DNA from: Candidatus Oxydemutatoraceae bacterium | GTDB taxonomy: Bacteria > Pseudomonadota > Gammaproteobacteria > Poriferisulfidales > Oxydemutatoraceae | Assembly (NCBI GenBank): GCA_965219575.1 | Contig: OZ244779.1 | Location: 1,804,769 to 1,868,768, forward strand | DNA length: 64,000 nucleotides | Direction: 5' to 3' | Part shown: positions 41,155 to 51,458 of the stretch, in pieces | Layout: each line of letters begins with the position of its first letter | How positions within the stretch are numbered: position 1 is the first letter of the stretch | Made by a program: the position numbers and the translations under genes | The notes under the pieces: generated by a model | Told to the model about the DNA's origin: nothing | Database searches by the model: none | Seen by the model: the letters and a program-made list of their open reading frames with translations, nothing else

Positions 41155-42230
41155 TAAGCCTTTCCTGCTTGTACCGCCGAGGCAAGTATCTCCAGTACTT
41201 CGGTGGTGTCGTTCCAACCCATGCACGCATCGGTAATACTCTGCCCGTATACCAATCCTTGTTTGTCGAGCGTGCCGTCCGAATTGAATTTGAGGTCTTG
41301 CCGACCTTCTACCAAATGGCTCTCTATCATCACACCCATAATGCGTCGCTCGCCGGCTCGTAATTGCCGTGCAACATCCTCGGCAGCGATCTTCTGCCGC
41401 TCGAATTGTTTGCTACTGTTGGCATGGCTAAAATCAATCATCACTTTTTCGGCCTGTTTGCTTTCGGCGAGCAGAGTCGCTGCGTATTCGACGCTGTCGC
41501 TGTCGTAGTTGGTTTTACCGCCTCCGCCGCGCATGATGATATGGCAATCGGCATTGCCGGTTGTTGAAAAAATAGCCGAGTGTCCGCCTTTGGTCACCGA
41601 TAAAAAGTGATGCGGTTGCGAGGCCGAGCGCATCGCATCTACGGCTATTTGTATGTTGCCGTGCGTGCCGTTTTTAAATCCGACCGGACAAGATAAACCG
41701 GAAGCGAGTTCGCGGTGGGTCTGGCTCTCGGTGGTACGCGCACCTATCGCCCCCCAAGCGATCAAATCCGAAATATATTGCGGGCTAATCAAATCCAGAT
41801 ATTCGGTTGCCGCCGATACACCTTTGCTATTCAAATCCAACAACAGCTTGCGAGCAACTTTGACACCTTTGTTAATCCTAAAACTATTGTCTAAATCGGG
41901 GTCGTTGATCAAGCCTTTCCAGCCCACCGTGGTACGCGGTTTTTCAAAATACACGCGCATGACTATGTGTAGCTGATCTTCGTACTGCGCGATCAGGGGT
42001 TGCAGACGGTCGGCGTATTCAAGTGCCGCCTGCGTGTCGTGAACTGAGCAAGGACCGGCGATTACGAGCAAGCGACGATCCTCGTCGTGTAAGATATTTT
42101 TAATCGCTAGACGAGATTTATAAACACATTCCGATACCGCTTCGGTAATCGGCAAGCGGCTCGTCAAGTCCTGCGGAGCAATAAGATCTTTAATCTCGTT
42201 TATTCTTAGATCGTCTGTTTCATATTTCAT
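41154..42230 (-). CDS. aroG: DAHP synthase class I
   Basis: GPCSVHD, RVYFEKPRTTVGWKG, IGARTTESQ, DFSHANS. Confidence 0.93.
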   Translation of the reverse strand: MKYETDDLRINEIKDLIAPQDLTSRLPITEAVSECVYKSRLAIKNILHDEDRRLLVIAGPCSVHDTQAALEYADRLQPLIAQYEDQLHIVMRVYFEKPRTTVGWKGLINDPDLDNSFRINKGVKVARKLLLDLNSKGVSAATEYLDLISPQYISDLIAWGAIGARTTESQTHRELASGLSCPVGFKNGTHGNIQIAVDAMRSASQPHHFLSVTKGGHSAIFSTTGNADCHIIMRGGGGKTNYDSDSVEYAATLLAESKQAEKVMIDFSHANSSKQFERQKIAAEDVARQLRAGERRIMGVMIESHLVEGRQDLKFNSDGTLDKQGLVYGQSITDACMGWNDTTEVLEILASAVQAGKA

Positions 42231-42251
42231 TTGTGTTATTGTAGCTTATAT

Positions 42252-42601
42252 GGGGCTGTTGAAAAAGTGCCGGCATTGCACAAAACTTGTGCAGACACGA
42301 CGGGGCTGTTGAAAAAGTATCGTCAGCGTGCAACCGTGTAACCGCTTGCGTCGTGAATTTATAATAACCACCAAGCCGTAGGGGCAGACCTGTGTGTCTG
42401 CCCTTAAGTGCCGTTCTGCACGACACCAACCGCTTGCGCCAACAAATAATGGTTTCCATAAATTGGGTGGATGAATGTATAAATCATGCAGGCGCAACGC
42501 GTTACGGGTAGAACAGAGCCGCCGATTGAGCCAGTAGGTCAATCGGCAATTTAATTTTAGTCCGCCCCTACCACTCTGTAAAATACTTTTTCAACAGCCC
42601 C
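42252..42601. mobile_element. MITE-like REP cassette (42302-42601) following a second left end at 42252
   Basis: Two ggggctgttgaaaaa starts and one ttttcaacagcccc end; flanks ACGAC/ACGCC. Confidence 0.72.
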
Positions 42602-42634
42602 ACGCCACAACCACCGATTGCGCTTGCGCCCTTT

Positions 42635-43873
42635 CTACAAACAAGTAACAGGAATTTGAATAATCCTCTCGGCAAGAAGTTTTATTTCTCTAGCATTGTT
42701 GACCACAACGCCGTAAGGAAGCCGATGATCTTTGATAAATTTCCGTAAAGAAGAAAGCTGCTTCAAGGTGGTGGTCGTGCCTAATTTGATCTCAACGGGT
42801 AAAACACCGAAAGTACCCTCTAGTACAAGGTCTATTTCTACCCCACCTCTAGTACGATAGTAGTAGTAATCGAAGTGTAAAGGTCCTAGAGCTTGAATAC
42901 CTTTCAATACCTCCTCGATAACAAAACTTTCAAAGTTTAGACCGACCGAGGGATGTTTCAACAATCTATCTTTTGTTTCAATACCCAATAGATAGTGAAC
43001 TAGGCCTAAGTCTCTAAAAATTCCTTTGGGCATTTTCACGACCGATTTGGATTTGGATTTTTCGTAAGACGGCACCTTGCGCCATAGGAAAGTTTTATCG
43101 ATGATTTCGAGGTAATCTCTCACGCTCACTTCGGAACAGTCAATCGCACGTCCTAACTGCGCTTTGTTGATAATCGTCCCCGACAAGCTGCTTAACATTT
43201 CAATAAAACGTCTGTACTTTAGCGTATCAATTTTGGGGAAAAGTTTTTTAATGTCCCTGTTGATGTACGTTTGATAATAGTTTTCCATCCACGCTCGATG
43301 AAATTCCATATTATCGGACCTAACAATTTCCGGGTAGCCGCCCTTTAATAGTCCTTTCCAAATATCGGTTCTAGAAAACACCCCATCGCTTAAAAAAGCA
43401 AGGTCATCCTCGTGATCGAGCGGCTTCGTGAATATCCGGTAAAAGTCGGGCAACGGCTTATGAAGAATCTCATTGGTTTTTAGGGTTCCCAACTCTACGA
43501 TCCCTACTCTGCCGGCTAAGGTGTCGGAAACACTTTTAAGGAGATCCGGAGAACTTGAGCCGGTGAGCAGAAAACGTCCTTTCTTTTGTCTATCGCTATC
43601 TACAACAGATCTAAGTTCCTTGAATAGTTGCGGATACTCTTGTACTTCATCGATGATTAAATGGTCTTTGTGCTCTTGAAAGAAAAAGTCTATATCTCTG
43701 GTTATATAATCAAAATCTTTACCCTTTTCAAGATCAAAGTATTTCCAGCCGGGCGCACATTTTTTAGCCAGCGTGGTTTTACCTACCTGCCTAGACCCTA
43801 CGATTAGGACTACGGGAAAAAACGATAATAGCTTATCGATATTCTGTTCTACATTCCTTTTTATATATGTCAT
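42635..43873 (-). CDS. AAA_14/DUF4143 ATPase
   Basis: GSRQVGKT, IIDEVQ, LTGSS, TLAGR, EIDL, EIK. Confidence 0.88.
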   Translation of the reverse strand: MTYIKRNVEQNIDKLLSFFPVVLIVGSRQVGKTTLAKKCAPGWKYFDLEKGKDFDYITRDIDFFFQEHKDHLIIDEVQEYPQLFKELRSVVDSDRQKKGRFLLTGSSSPDLLKSVSDTLAGRVGIVELGTLKTNEILHKPLPDFYRIFTKPLDHEDDLAFLSDGVFSRTDIWKGLLKGGYPEIVRSDNMEFHRAWMENYYQTYINRDIKKLFPKIDTLKYRRFIEMLSSLSGTIINKAQLGRAIDCSEVSVRDYLEIIDKTFLWRKVPSYEKSKSKSVVKMPKGIFRDLGLVHYLLGIETKDRLLKHPSVGLNFESFVIEEVLKGIQALGPLHFDYYYYRTRGGVEIDLVLEGTFGVLPVEIKLGTTTTLKQLSSLRKFIKDHRLPYGVVVNNAREIKLLAERIIQIPVTCL

Positions 43874-43918
43874 ATCCTAATTGTACACTAGGATTTTACA
43901 TATCAAATAATGGTGAGT

Positions 43919-44896
43919 CTAACGGCAATCTATTAAGATACGCCCCTGCACTCGCCTGCTCAGCAGTCGTTCAAAGCACATCGGCAATTCTTCCGGCTTG
44001 ACAAGGTCGCAAAGCATCGCTTGTGCTAAAGTGGGCAGATATTTATCGCCTAGACTTTGCCAAATTTTCCGTTTCAGCGGCATCGGACAATTCGCCGAAG
44101 TTACGCCGAGTAGGTTGATGCCGCGGATAATCAGCGGCATCACGTTGAGATTCACTTCCGACGATTCGGCCAAACCCACACTCACTACATTGCCGCCGTT
44201 TCGGATGGCCTTTAGCAAGTTTGCCAGCGTGTTGCCACCTAGATTGTCTATCGCACCGCCCCATGTCGCTTTGGCCAATGCGCCGTCCACCGGACTAATC
44301 GCGCCGATGATTTTGGCGGCACCCAAACTCTTTAAGTACTCGTCGGCTTGCCGTTTATGGGTTGCCGCAACCGCTTCAAAGCCTAGTCGGTTGAGAAAAT
44401 GCACGGCAAAACTTCCGACACCACCGCTCGCGCCGGTCACGACAACCGCGCCCAACTCGGGTGATTGGTCGTTTTGTAGCATGCGCTCCAAACTCAGTGC
44501 TGCGGTAAAACCGGCGGTGCCTATAATCATCGCAGTGCGCAAATCCAATCGTGACGGTACGGGAATGAGTATGTCGGCAGGCACGATTGCATAAGGCGCA
44601 TAACCACCGTCGTATATCTCTCCTAAACCACTGCCGGTTGCCAACACTTCGTCGCCCTTTTTGAATTCCGACACTGTGCTCTGCTCAACCACACCTGCCA
44701 AATCTATGCCCCCCGTCAATACTTCTTTTTTAATAATCGGTGCGCGACCGGTGGCGGCTATGGCATCCTTATAATTAACCCCCGAATAATGAACTTTAAC
44801 TAAAACTTGACCTGCTTGAGGTTCGCCTATCTGCACGGTCTCGAAGCCGGCACGAAACGGTTTTTTATGGATACGAAAGGCTCGGCAACTTATCAT
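43919..44896 (-). CDS. acuI: YhdH/AcuI-family acryloyl-CoA reductase (MDR)
   Basis: YSGVNYKDA, GIDLAG, IGTAGFTAAL, VTGASGGVGS, PLIIRGINLLG. Confidence 0.82.
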   Translation of the reverse strand: MISCRAFRIHKKPFRAGFETVQIGEPQAGQVLVKVHYSGVNYKDAIAATGRAPIIKKEVLTGGIDLAGVVEQSTVSEFKKGDEVLATGSGLGEIYDGGYAPYAIVPADILIPVPSRLDLRTAMIIGTAGFTAALSLERMLQNDQSPELGAVVVTGASGGVGSFAVHFLNRLGFEAVAATHKRQADEYLKSLGAAKIIGAISPVDGALAKATWGGAIDNLGGNTLANLLKAIRNGGNVVSVGLAESSEVNLNVMPLIIRGINLLGVTSANCPMPLKRKIWQSLGDKYLPTLAQAMLCDLVKPEELPMCFERLLSRRVQGRILIDCR

Positions 44897-46062
44897 CGCA
44901 ACGCACCCTCTTGCAATGCTCGGTGATATTGCTCGGCACAATCCTGTAATGCGTTGGGATCGGTATCGAAGTCCTCACCCAACAAACAAAAATGTCCCAT
45001 TTTTCTACCACTACGCGAGTGCCGCTTACCGTATAAGTGTAACCGTAATCTCGGGTCTTTTAATAAAATATCCCACTGCGGCTCTCCGTTTTTCCATAAA
45101 TCACCGAGTAGGTTGACCATCACCACCGGCACTAACAGTTGCGTGTCGGATGCCGGCAAGTCACACATCATTCTCACTTGCTGATCAAACTGCGAACTTA
45201 GGCAAGCATCCAGAGTGTAATGTCCGGTATTGTGCGGACGCGGCGCAATTTCATTGACGAACAATTCTCCGCCCTGCTCGGTATCTGTAACGAAAAACTC
45301 AACGGCTAAGATACCTTGATATTGCAGTGCGTCGGCTATGCGCCGAGCATCGTTGCGGGCTTGTGCCTGCAGAGCCTCATCTACACTCGCCGGCACTCGG
45401 GATAGATGCAATATACCGTTTCTATGTATGTTCTCGGCAACCGGGAAAAATGTGCATATCCCCTGTTGCGAGCGTGCCAGCACCACCGAAATCTCGCTCG
45501 CAAGCCGCAAACGGCTTTCGGCAACGCACGGCACTCGCTTCATCTCGTCGAATGCCGAATTAGCCTGCGCAACGCTATCAACCACGCTTTGACCTTTGCC
45601 GTCATAACCCAGACGCGCGGTCTTTAATACCAGCGGAGACGACAAATGCTCGAACGCCTCGCCTATATCGGTAGCGCAATGCACCGGATAGAAGGGCGTG
45701 GTTGCGACACCGGCATCTGTGATAAAGGTTTTTTCGGTGATACGGTCTTGGGCGATGTCTAAGGCATGTGCGGAAGGTCTGGTCGGCAGATCGTGTTTTT
45801 CCAAATGTTCGATAAGTTGCACCGGAACATTCTCGAACTCCAGAGTCGCAGCGTCGCATTCTCGCGCAAACCGTGAACATGCCGTATCGTCGGAAAATGG
45901 TTGCTTGATGTGTAGGTCGGCACTACGCCCGGCGGGACTATCGTCGGACGGATCCCAAACAACACAACGATAGCCCATCGTATGTGCGCTGTTGACGAAC
46001 ATCAGACCTAATTGTCCACCGCCCAGTACTCCTAAGGTTGCGCCGGGGGCTAAGCTATTCAT
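44893..46062 (-). CDS. purK: N5-CAIR synthase
   Basis: GGGQLG, TLEFENV, GYDGKGQ, NEIAPRPHN, GRKMGH. Confidence 0.95.
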   Translation of the reverse strand: MNSLAPGATLGVLGGGQLGLMFVNSAHTMGYRCVVWDPSDDSPAGRSADLHIKQPFSDDTACSRFARECDAATLEFENVPVQLIEHLEKHDLPTRPSAHALDIAQDRITEKTFITDAGVATTPFYPVHCATDIGEAFEHLSSPLVLKTARLGYDGKGQSVVDSVAQANSAFDEMKRVPCVAESRLRLASEISVVLARSQQGICTFFPVAENIHRNGILHLSRVPASVDEALQAQARNDARRIADALQYQGILAVEFFVTDTEQGGELFVNEIAPRPHNTGHYTLDACLSSQFDQQVRMMCDLPASDTQLLVPVVMVNLLGDLWKNGEPQWDILLKDPRLRLHLYGKRHSRSGRKMGHFCLLGEDFDTDPNALQDCAEQYHRALQEGALR

Positions 46063-46069
46063 CTCGAAC

Positions 46070-46579
46070 TTAAGGTTCTAGGGTGCTGTTATGCACAGCC
46101 TGTTGCTGCGCTTGTCCGAAATCTTCTAGGGCTTTTTGTAGCGACCGAGAATGTGTTGCGAGCATCCGACAAGCAAATAAAGCGGCATTTGCCGCACCCG
46201 CTTCACCGATCGCAAAAGTTGCAACCGGCACGCCTTTGGGCATCTGCACGATGGATAGCAAGGAATCTTGTCCTTTCAAATGCGCAGTGGGTATAGGCAC
46301 GCCCAATACCGGTAGCGTGGTTAACGACGCAATCATTCCCGGTAAGTGGGCAGCTCCGCCGGCACCGGCAATAATGCACTGCAATCCACGCGACTCGGCA
46401 CTTTGTGCGTATCGATACATCAGCTCCGGTGTGCGGTGCGCCGATACGACTTTCTTTTCGAAATGCACAGCGAAGCGTGCCAACATCTCGGCAGCACACC
46501 GCATTACCGGCCAGTCGCTTTGGCTACCCATCACGATGCCCACGAGTGTATCATCGGCAGATATATTTTCAGCTGACAT
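46070..46579 (-). CDS. purE: N5-CAIR mutase
   Basis: [29 protein letters not shown]. Confidence 0.96.
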   Translation of the reverse strand: MSAENISADDTLVGIVMGSQSDWPVMRCAAEMLARFAVHFEKKVVSAHRTPELMYRYAQSAESRGLQCIIAGAGGAAHLPGMIASLTTLPVLGVPIPTAHLKGQDSLLSIVQMPKGVPVATFAIGEAGAANAALFACRMLATHSRSLQKALEDFGQAQQQAVHNSTLEP

Positions 46580-46609
46580 GGTATTGATAATCCGATAAAG
46601 ATTTGTATT

Positions 46610-48712
46610 CTAACTGCTTTTGCCGAAACTTTTCAATACGAATGCGTACTTGAACGCAATTTCTTTTAGATAATCGAAACGTCCGGCAGCACCGGCGTGT
46701 CCCTTGCCCATATCCACCTTTAACAACAAACAACGATTGTCTTTCTTATACGCACGCAGTTTTGCGACCCATTTGGCAGGCTCCCAATAGCCGACGCGCG
46801 GGTCGCTCAATCCCGCCGTCACCAACATGTCGGGGTAAGATTGGCGTTTAACCTGATCGTAGGGGGAATACGATTTTATATAGCGGTAGAGTTCGTAATC
46901 GTCTATGGGGTTGCCCCATTCTTGCCATTCCGGAGGAGTCAGCGGCAAGTTGGCATCGCACATCGTATTCAGCACATCGACGAAAGGCACTTCGGCAAGT
47001 GCCGTATTGAACAGTTCGGGGGCGGTATTGATTGCATTGCCGATCGTCATACCGCCTGCCGAGCCGCCGTGTATCGCAATGCCACCGCGATAACCGAGCT
47101 TCTGCTCTATCAAATAATCGGCACACGCGATGAAATCGTTGAAAGTATTCTTCTTTTGCTTGAATTTTGCGGTTTTATACCACGCGTAGCCTTTCTCCGT
47201 ACCGCCGCGGATATGGGCAATCGCATAAATAAACCCTCTGTCAATCAAAGACAAACGATGTGTAGAAAAAGCTGCCGGCATCGGGTATCCGTATGCACCG
47301 TAAGCATAAAGCAACAACGGCGCGCTACCGTCGAGCGGGGTGCTGTTGAGATAGACTATGCTGATCGGAATATCCACACCGTCGTCGCCACGTGCATGAA
47401 GCTGTCGTGTGCTATAACGGCTTGCGTCATAACCACTCGGTAGTCGTTGCGCTTTGCGCAGTGTGCGTCGGTGACTTTGCATATCGTAATCGTAGATGCA
47501 ACGCGGTGTCTTCGGCGAACTATACTTAAGACGAAGTATCCGACTATCGTATTCAAAAATATCTACCAAATCGGCTTCGTAGCACGGTTCGTCAAAGTGG
47601 ATATATTGCGTTTGCACCTGCGAAAATTGATTGACTATCGAGGTGGGTATCAGTGCAATATGCGTTGCGGCATCGCATCGTTCCAGACACACCAAGTAAT
47701 CCTTGAACACCATAAAACCTTCCAATAGTACGCCGAGTTCGGGAATGTAGATGTCGTGCCAAACAGCCGGCTTGTCTATATCGGCAACCGAGAGCTTGAA
47801 GTTTTCGGCACCCGCAGCGTTGTTATAAATAAGCAATTTTCCGCAACACTCCTCGGTCTTATATTCGGTATTCAATTCGCGCCGGCGTACCAACTCGGGT
47901 GCTTGCCCGGGTGCATCGGCGGGAATTATCCAATCCTCCGATGTCGTATGGTCGTAGCTATGTATCACGATAAAACGGCGAGAGCGGGTATGATACAAAT
48001 CGATGAAAAAACCCGGATCTTTTTCTTTGTATACCGACACGGTTTTATCGGGTGCATCGTCTATGCAGTAACAAAACACCGAATCGGGACGGTGGACATC
48101 GTTCAGCTTGACATAAAACAGATGACGGCTATCGGCAGACCAAACCAAGTCGCCGTGCAAGCGGTCGAATAATCGCCGCACCGGCATATCGCCATGCGTG
48201 TTGCGTAGATACAGCGTATAACATTCGGATCCGTTATCGTCTACGCAATAGGCTATATAGCGATGGTCGGGACTATGACTAAAACCGACGACTTGGAAAT
48301 AGTCCGACCCTTCGGCTGCGCGATTGACATCCAGCAACACCTCTTCGGTTTGATCGGCAAGCAGGCGACGGTTATAAATCGGATACTGTTTGCCTTCGTG
48401 ATAGCGTAAATAATACTCGTAATTCCCGTCTTTATCGGGTACCGATCGGTCTTCTTCCTGAATACGCCCTCGCAACTCCTCATAAAGGTTTTGCTGCAAA
48501 TCTTCGCTGTCTTTCATCATCGCTTCGGTATAAGCGTTCTCGGCTTCCAGATAACGACGTATTTCGGGTTCCAGTTTAGTCGAGTCGGTCAACATTTGTT
48601 GCCAATGCCGGCTACGCAACCAGGCATATTCATCGACCCGAACATCGTCGTGATTACAAAACTCGGTAGGAATACGATCGGCGACGGGCGCAATAAGAGG
48701 TTCTTCGTGCAT
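46610..48712 (-). CDS. ptrB: Oligopeptidase B (S9A)
   Basis: GGSAGG, VPFVDV, DPRVGYWEPAKW, GH. Confidence 0.92.
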   Translation of the reverse strand: MHEEPLIAPVADRIPTEFCNHDDVRVDEYAWLRSRHWQQMLTDSTKLEPEIRRYLEAENAYTEAMMKDSEDLQQNLYEELRGRIQEEDRSVPDKDGNYEYYLRYHEGKQYPIYNRRLLADQTEEVLLDVNRAAEGSDYFQVVGFSHSPDHRYIAYCVDDNGSECYTLYLRNTHGDMPVRRLFDRLHGDLVWSADSRHLFYVKLNDVHRPDSVFCYCIDDAPDKTVSVYKEKDPGFFIDLYHTRSRRFIVIHSYDHTTSEDWIIPADAPGQAPELVRRRELNTEYKTEECCGKLLIYNNAAGAENFKLSVADIDKPAVWHDIYIPELGVLLEGFMVFKDYLVCLERCDAATHIALIPTSIVNQFSQVQTQYIHFDEPCYEADLVDIFEYDSRILRLKYSSPKTPRCIYDYDMQSHRRTLRKAQRLPSGYDASRYSTRQLHARGDDGVDIPISIVYLNSTPLDGSAPLLLYAYGAYGYPMPAAFSTHRLSLIDRGFIYAIAHIRGGTEKGYAWYKTAKFKQKKNTFNDFIACADYLIEQKLGYRGGIAIHGGSAGGMTIGNAINTAPELFNTALAEVPFVDVLNTMCDANLPLTPPEWQEWGNPIDDYELYRYIKSYSPYDQVKRQSYPDMLVTAGLSDPRVGYWEPAKWVAKLRAYKKDNRCLLLKVDMGKGHAGAAGRFDYLKEIAFKYAFVLKSFGKSS

Positions 48713-48813
48713 GTTTTTGATTTACGGTATTAACCGATATAGATAGAGTGGCTGCCTGTTGGTTTTGATATATAAAATATTTTTAATGGCCTTATGCAAT
48801 CGCAATAGACCAC

Positions 48814-49074
48814 TTATTTTATCGATAACAATGCAAACATAATGCCGACCAGACTAACAATGATGCCGGCAAAACCAATGCCGATAATGGTGTTTGCAAT
48901 GATATTATCTTTTTTAATTTGGTCCAATTTTTCGAGTACCAACTGAATACCATTCGATACTTGGCTATCAACCGCACGCGCAGTGGTCTCGGCTTGAACT
49001 CGTGACATGCCTGCTTGTTCCAGTTTATGCATAGTATTGAACACCTCTTCGCTTGAATTAAATGGCTTAGACAT
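48814..49074 (-). CDS. Small coiled-coil protein with C-terminal TM anchor, paralogue of 16343-16657
   Basis: FNTMHKLEQAGMSRVQAETTARAVDSQVS is nearly identical to the 16343 ORF; RBS GGAG. Confidence 0.72.
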   Translation of the reverse strand: MSKPFNSSEEVFNTMHKLEQAGMSRVQAETTARAVDSQVSNGIQLVLEKLDQIKKDNIIANTIIGIGFAGIIVSLVGIMFALLSIK

Positions 49075-49218
49075 TATTATCTCCTATTGCTTAAAAATTG
49101 TAAATAGTGCGTGCGCACGCGACCTTATTCGCAATATTAGCCGATATGAAAACCCGAGAATTCGTTATCCGACGAACGGTCGTATTTTGGTATATAAAAG
49201 GTATCCGACGGTTGGGTT
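49075..49218 (-). promoter_or_regulatory. Conserved leader/promoter block with ACCGTTCGTCGGATA
   Basis: Near-duplicate of 27594-27730; the core motif also occurs at 15812, 16767-16774 and 16842. Confidence 0.65.
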
Positions 49219-49221
49219 GTA

Positions 49222-49737
49222 CTAAAAAGGTTGTTCTTTGAGGGTCGTATAGTGTGCGCTTTCCGAACTCAGTTCCGAGCGTTCTACATGAAGCGAGCGA
49301 ACATGCCATTGCACGGTGGTATCGAGAGGTTCACAAAACGGTGGTGTGGCTACTCCTCTGTAGAGGGTGACATGAGGCTTGAAGGTGCGCGGGGTTTTGA
49401 ATCGGCACGGTGATAGTGCTTTGCATAGTTGTTTGTGCAGAGATAATAATTCTATCGGTATGATGTTCGGTGCTATATAAAAAATGCGGTGGCGTTCGAA
49501 GTATCCGAATTCTCCGAGCGTCATATCGAATGCACCGATATCGATGTTCGTAATTTTATCCAGTACGCATTGTTTGCGTTCGGAGTCGCAATCACCGAGA
49601 AAAGCCAAAGTCAGATGTAGGCTCCGGGGTGGCATCATCCTACCGCTCACAAGCACTTTTCGTTGTATCCTAATTAAGTTTTTGCAAGTTTCTGCGTCGG
49701 GGCACAAAGCAATGAAGATACGCTCTTTACTCGCCAT
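49222..49737 (-). CDS. thpR: RNA 2',3'-cyclic phosphodiesterase (2H family)
   Basis: RIFIAL, HLTLAFLG, PHVTL. Confidence 0.88.
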   Translation of the reverse strand: MASKERIFIALCPDAETCKNLIRIQRKVLVSGRMMPPRSLHLTLAFLGDCDSERKQCVLDKITNIDIGAFDMTLGEFGYFERHRIFYIAPNIIPIELLSLHKQLCKALSPCRFKTPRTFKPHVTLYRGVATPPFCEPLDTTVQWHVRSLHVERSELSSESAHYTTLKEQPF

Positions 49738-49746
49738 ACGATACGC

Positions 49747-50727
49747 TCACGAAAACCGATCAAAAATATGGTCGGCTAAGGCACCGTGTTCGAGCAAAGC
49801 GGATTTCATAGAATCCGAAAGTTCGGAGGGTAGGCATAAATAAAAATCGGTATCCAAAAGTTGCGGGTGGTCGCCGGTAATCTGTTGTATCCAGTCGGCA
49901 ACGCACGATGGGTCATCGCTTGCATCGGTCAATATCGAATATTCTAGTTGGTCTAAGGCATCGCGCCATGCGAAACATAAGTTTTCCATATAAATCGGTA
50001 GCTCAAAACTTGTTCTATACAGATGTATCGGCACTTCGCTTTCTTGCGCGACGATATGCTCTATCAGGCTTTTGGTTTCGGCAAAACCTGTGTCGCAGGC
50101 TATCAAAACCATCGGTCTTTCTAGATCCTCGCTGAAACTAAAGCATCCATAAGGTCCCTCTACATCGAACCATTCTCCGAGACGGTATTGTTCGCATAAG
50201 TTACGCGGTGCCTCATTATCGCCGCACTGTATATGAAATTCCAGTTCGGTCGCATCGCAAGGGCAACTGGCGATAGACAGATACCGATTACCGTAATCCC
50301 GATGTTTTAAGACAACCGACTGCCCGGCCATAAATCTAAGACGGTGGCTACGCGCAACCCGCATACGCACCACTACGAGTTGTTCGGTTATTTTATCTAC
50401 CTTGGATAACTTGGCGCGGAAACTTTGAAACGGTATGTGTATGCTACTATCGGCAATCTCGGCTTCTACGGTGATATCGCTTATCGGTGTATGCGAACAC
50501 ATCAAAAAATAATTTTGCGCTTTCAGGTTCTCGGCAAATACATAATCGGAGTCCTTGATTCTATCTATTTCACCTTTGATCAGGCGCGCCGAACACAAAC
50601 CGCAATTGCCGTTATTGCAACCGTAAGCAACATTCAAACCCGCTTTGAGTGCGGCCTCGAGTATTGCTTCGCCGTGTTCTAAGACAAATCGTTTGCCGTC
50701 GGCTTCCAGTAAAACTTCAAAAGACAT
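49747..50727 (-). CDS. 2Fe-2S ferredoxin / FAD-NAD(P)H oxidoreductase
   Basis: YGCNNGNCGLC...C, RYLSIAS, EGPYG, TGFA. Confidence 0.85.
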   Translation of the reverse strand: MSFEVLLEADGKRFVLEHGEAILEAALKAGLNVAYGCNNGNCGLCSARLIKGEIDRIKDSDYVFAENLKAQNYFLMCSHTPISDITVEAEIADSSIHIPFQSFRAKLSKVDKITEQLVVVRMRVARSHRLRFMAGQSVVLKHRDYGNRYLSIASCPCDATELEFHIQCGDNEAPRNLCEQYRLGEWFDVEGPYGCFSFSEDLERPMVLIACDTGFAETKSLIEHIVAQESEVPIHLYRTSFELPIYMENLCFAWRDALDQLEYSILTDASDDPSCVADWIQQITGDHPQLLDTDFYLCLPSELSDSMKSALLEHGALADHIFDRFS

Positions 50728-50763
50728 GGGAATGTGCCGATATTGTATTTGTGTAGCCCTGCA

Positions 50764-51408
50764 TCAATCGAGTATTTGCATAATTTTCTCTTGTACCGCC
50801 GCAATGCTCAGGGTACCGTCTACCGCGTTATACACTACGCGATGCGAATCGGCTTGCCGGGAATAATACGCAACCAACGGAGCTGTCTGGCGATGATAAT
50901 TTTGCAGACGTTGGCCGACAACCTCGGGTTTGTCGTCTTCTCGTTGTATTAATTCCTCGCCGCTGAGGTCGTCTTTGCCCGGTTGCATCGGGGGTTGGTA
51001 TTTTATATGGTATGTACGCCCCGACGCTCGATGTATACGACGACCGCCGATGCGCTCTATGATAACTTCGTCGGCAACCGCTATTTCGATCACATACTCT
51101 ACGGCGATGCCGTGTGCATCCAGTGCTTGTGCTTGAGCGAAGGTGCGCGGAAAGCCGTCGAATAAAAATCCCGCTTCGCAATCGGGACCGGCAACCCGTG
51201 TCTTGACCAAATCTATAATCAGACTATCCGGCACCAAATCACCGGCGGTCATATAGGCTTCGGCTTGCAGTCCTAATTCGGTACGACCGCTCACCGCTTC
51301 GCGCAACATATCTCCGGTAGAAATTTGTGGTATCCTATACCGCTTACATATAAATTGCGCTTGTGTGCCTTTGCCGGCACCCGGCGCACCTAATAAAATG
51401 ACTCTCAT
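50764..51408 (-). CDS. adk: Adenylate kinase
   Basis: [23 protein letters not shown]. Confidence 0.97.
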   Translation of the reverse strand: MRVILLGAPGAGKGTQAQFICKRYRIPQISTGDMLREAVSGRTELGLQAEAYMTAGDLVPDSLIIDLVKTRVAGPDCEAGFLFDGFPRTFAQAQALDAHGIAVEYVIEIAVADEVIIERIGGRRIHRASGRTYHIKYQPPMQPGKDDLSGEELIQREDDKPEVVGQRLQNYHRQTAPLVAYYSRQADSHRVVYNAVDGTLSIAAVQEKIMQILD

Positions 51409-51458
51409 AATAAGTTTAACCGAAAATAAAAATTAAAAGATAGCATTATAATAGAACA

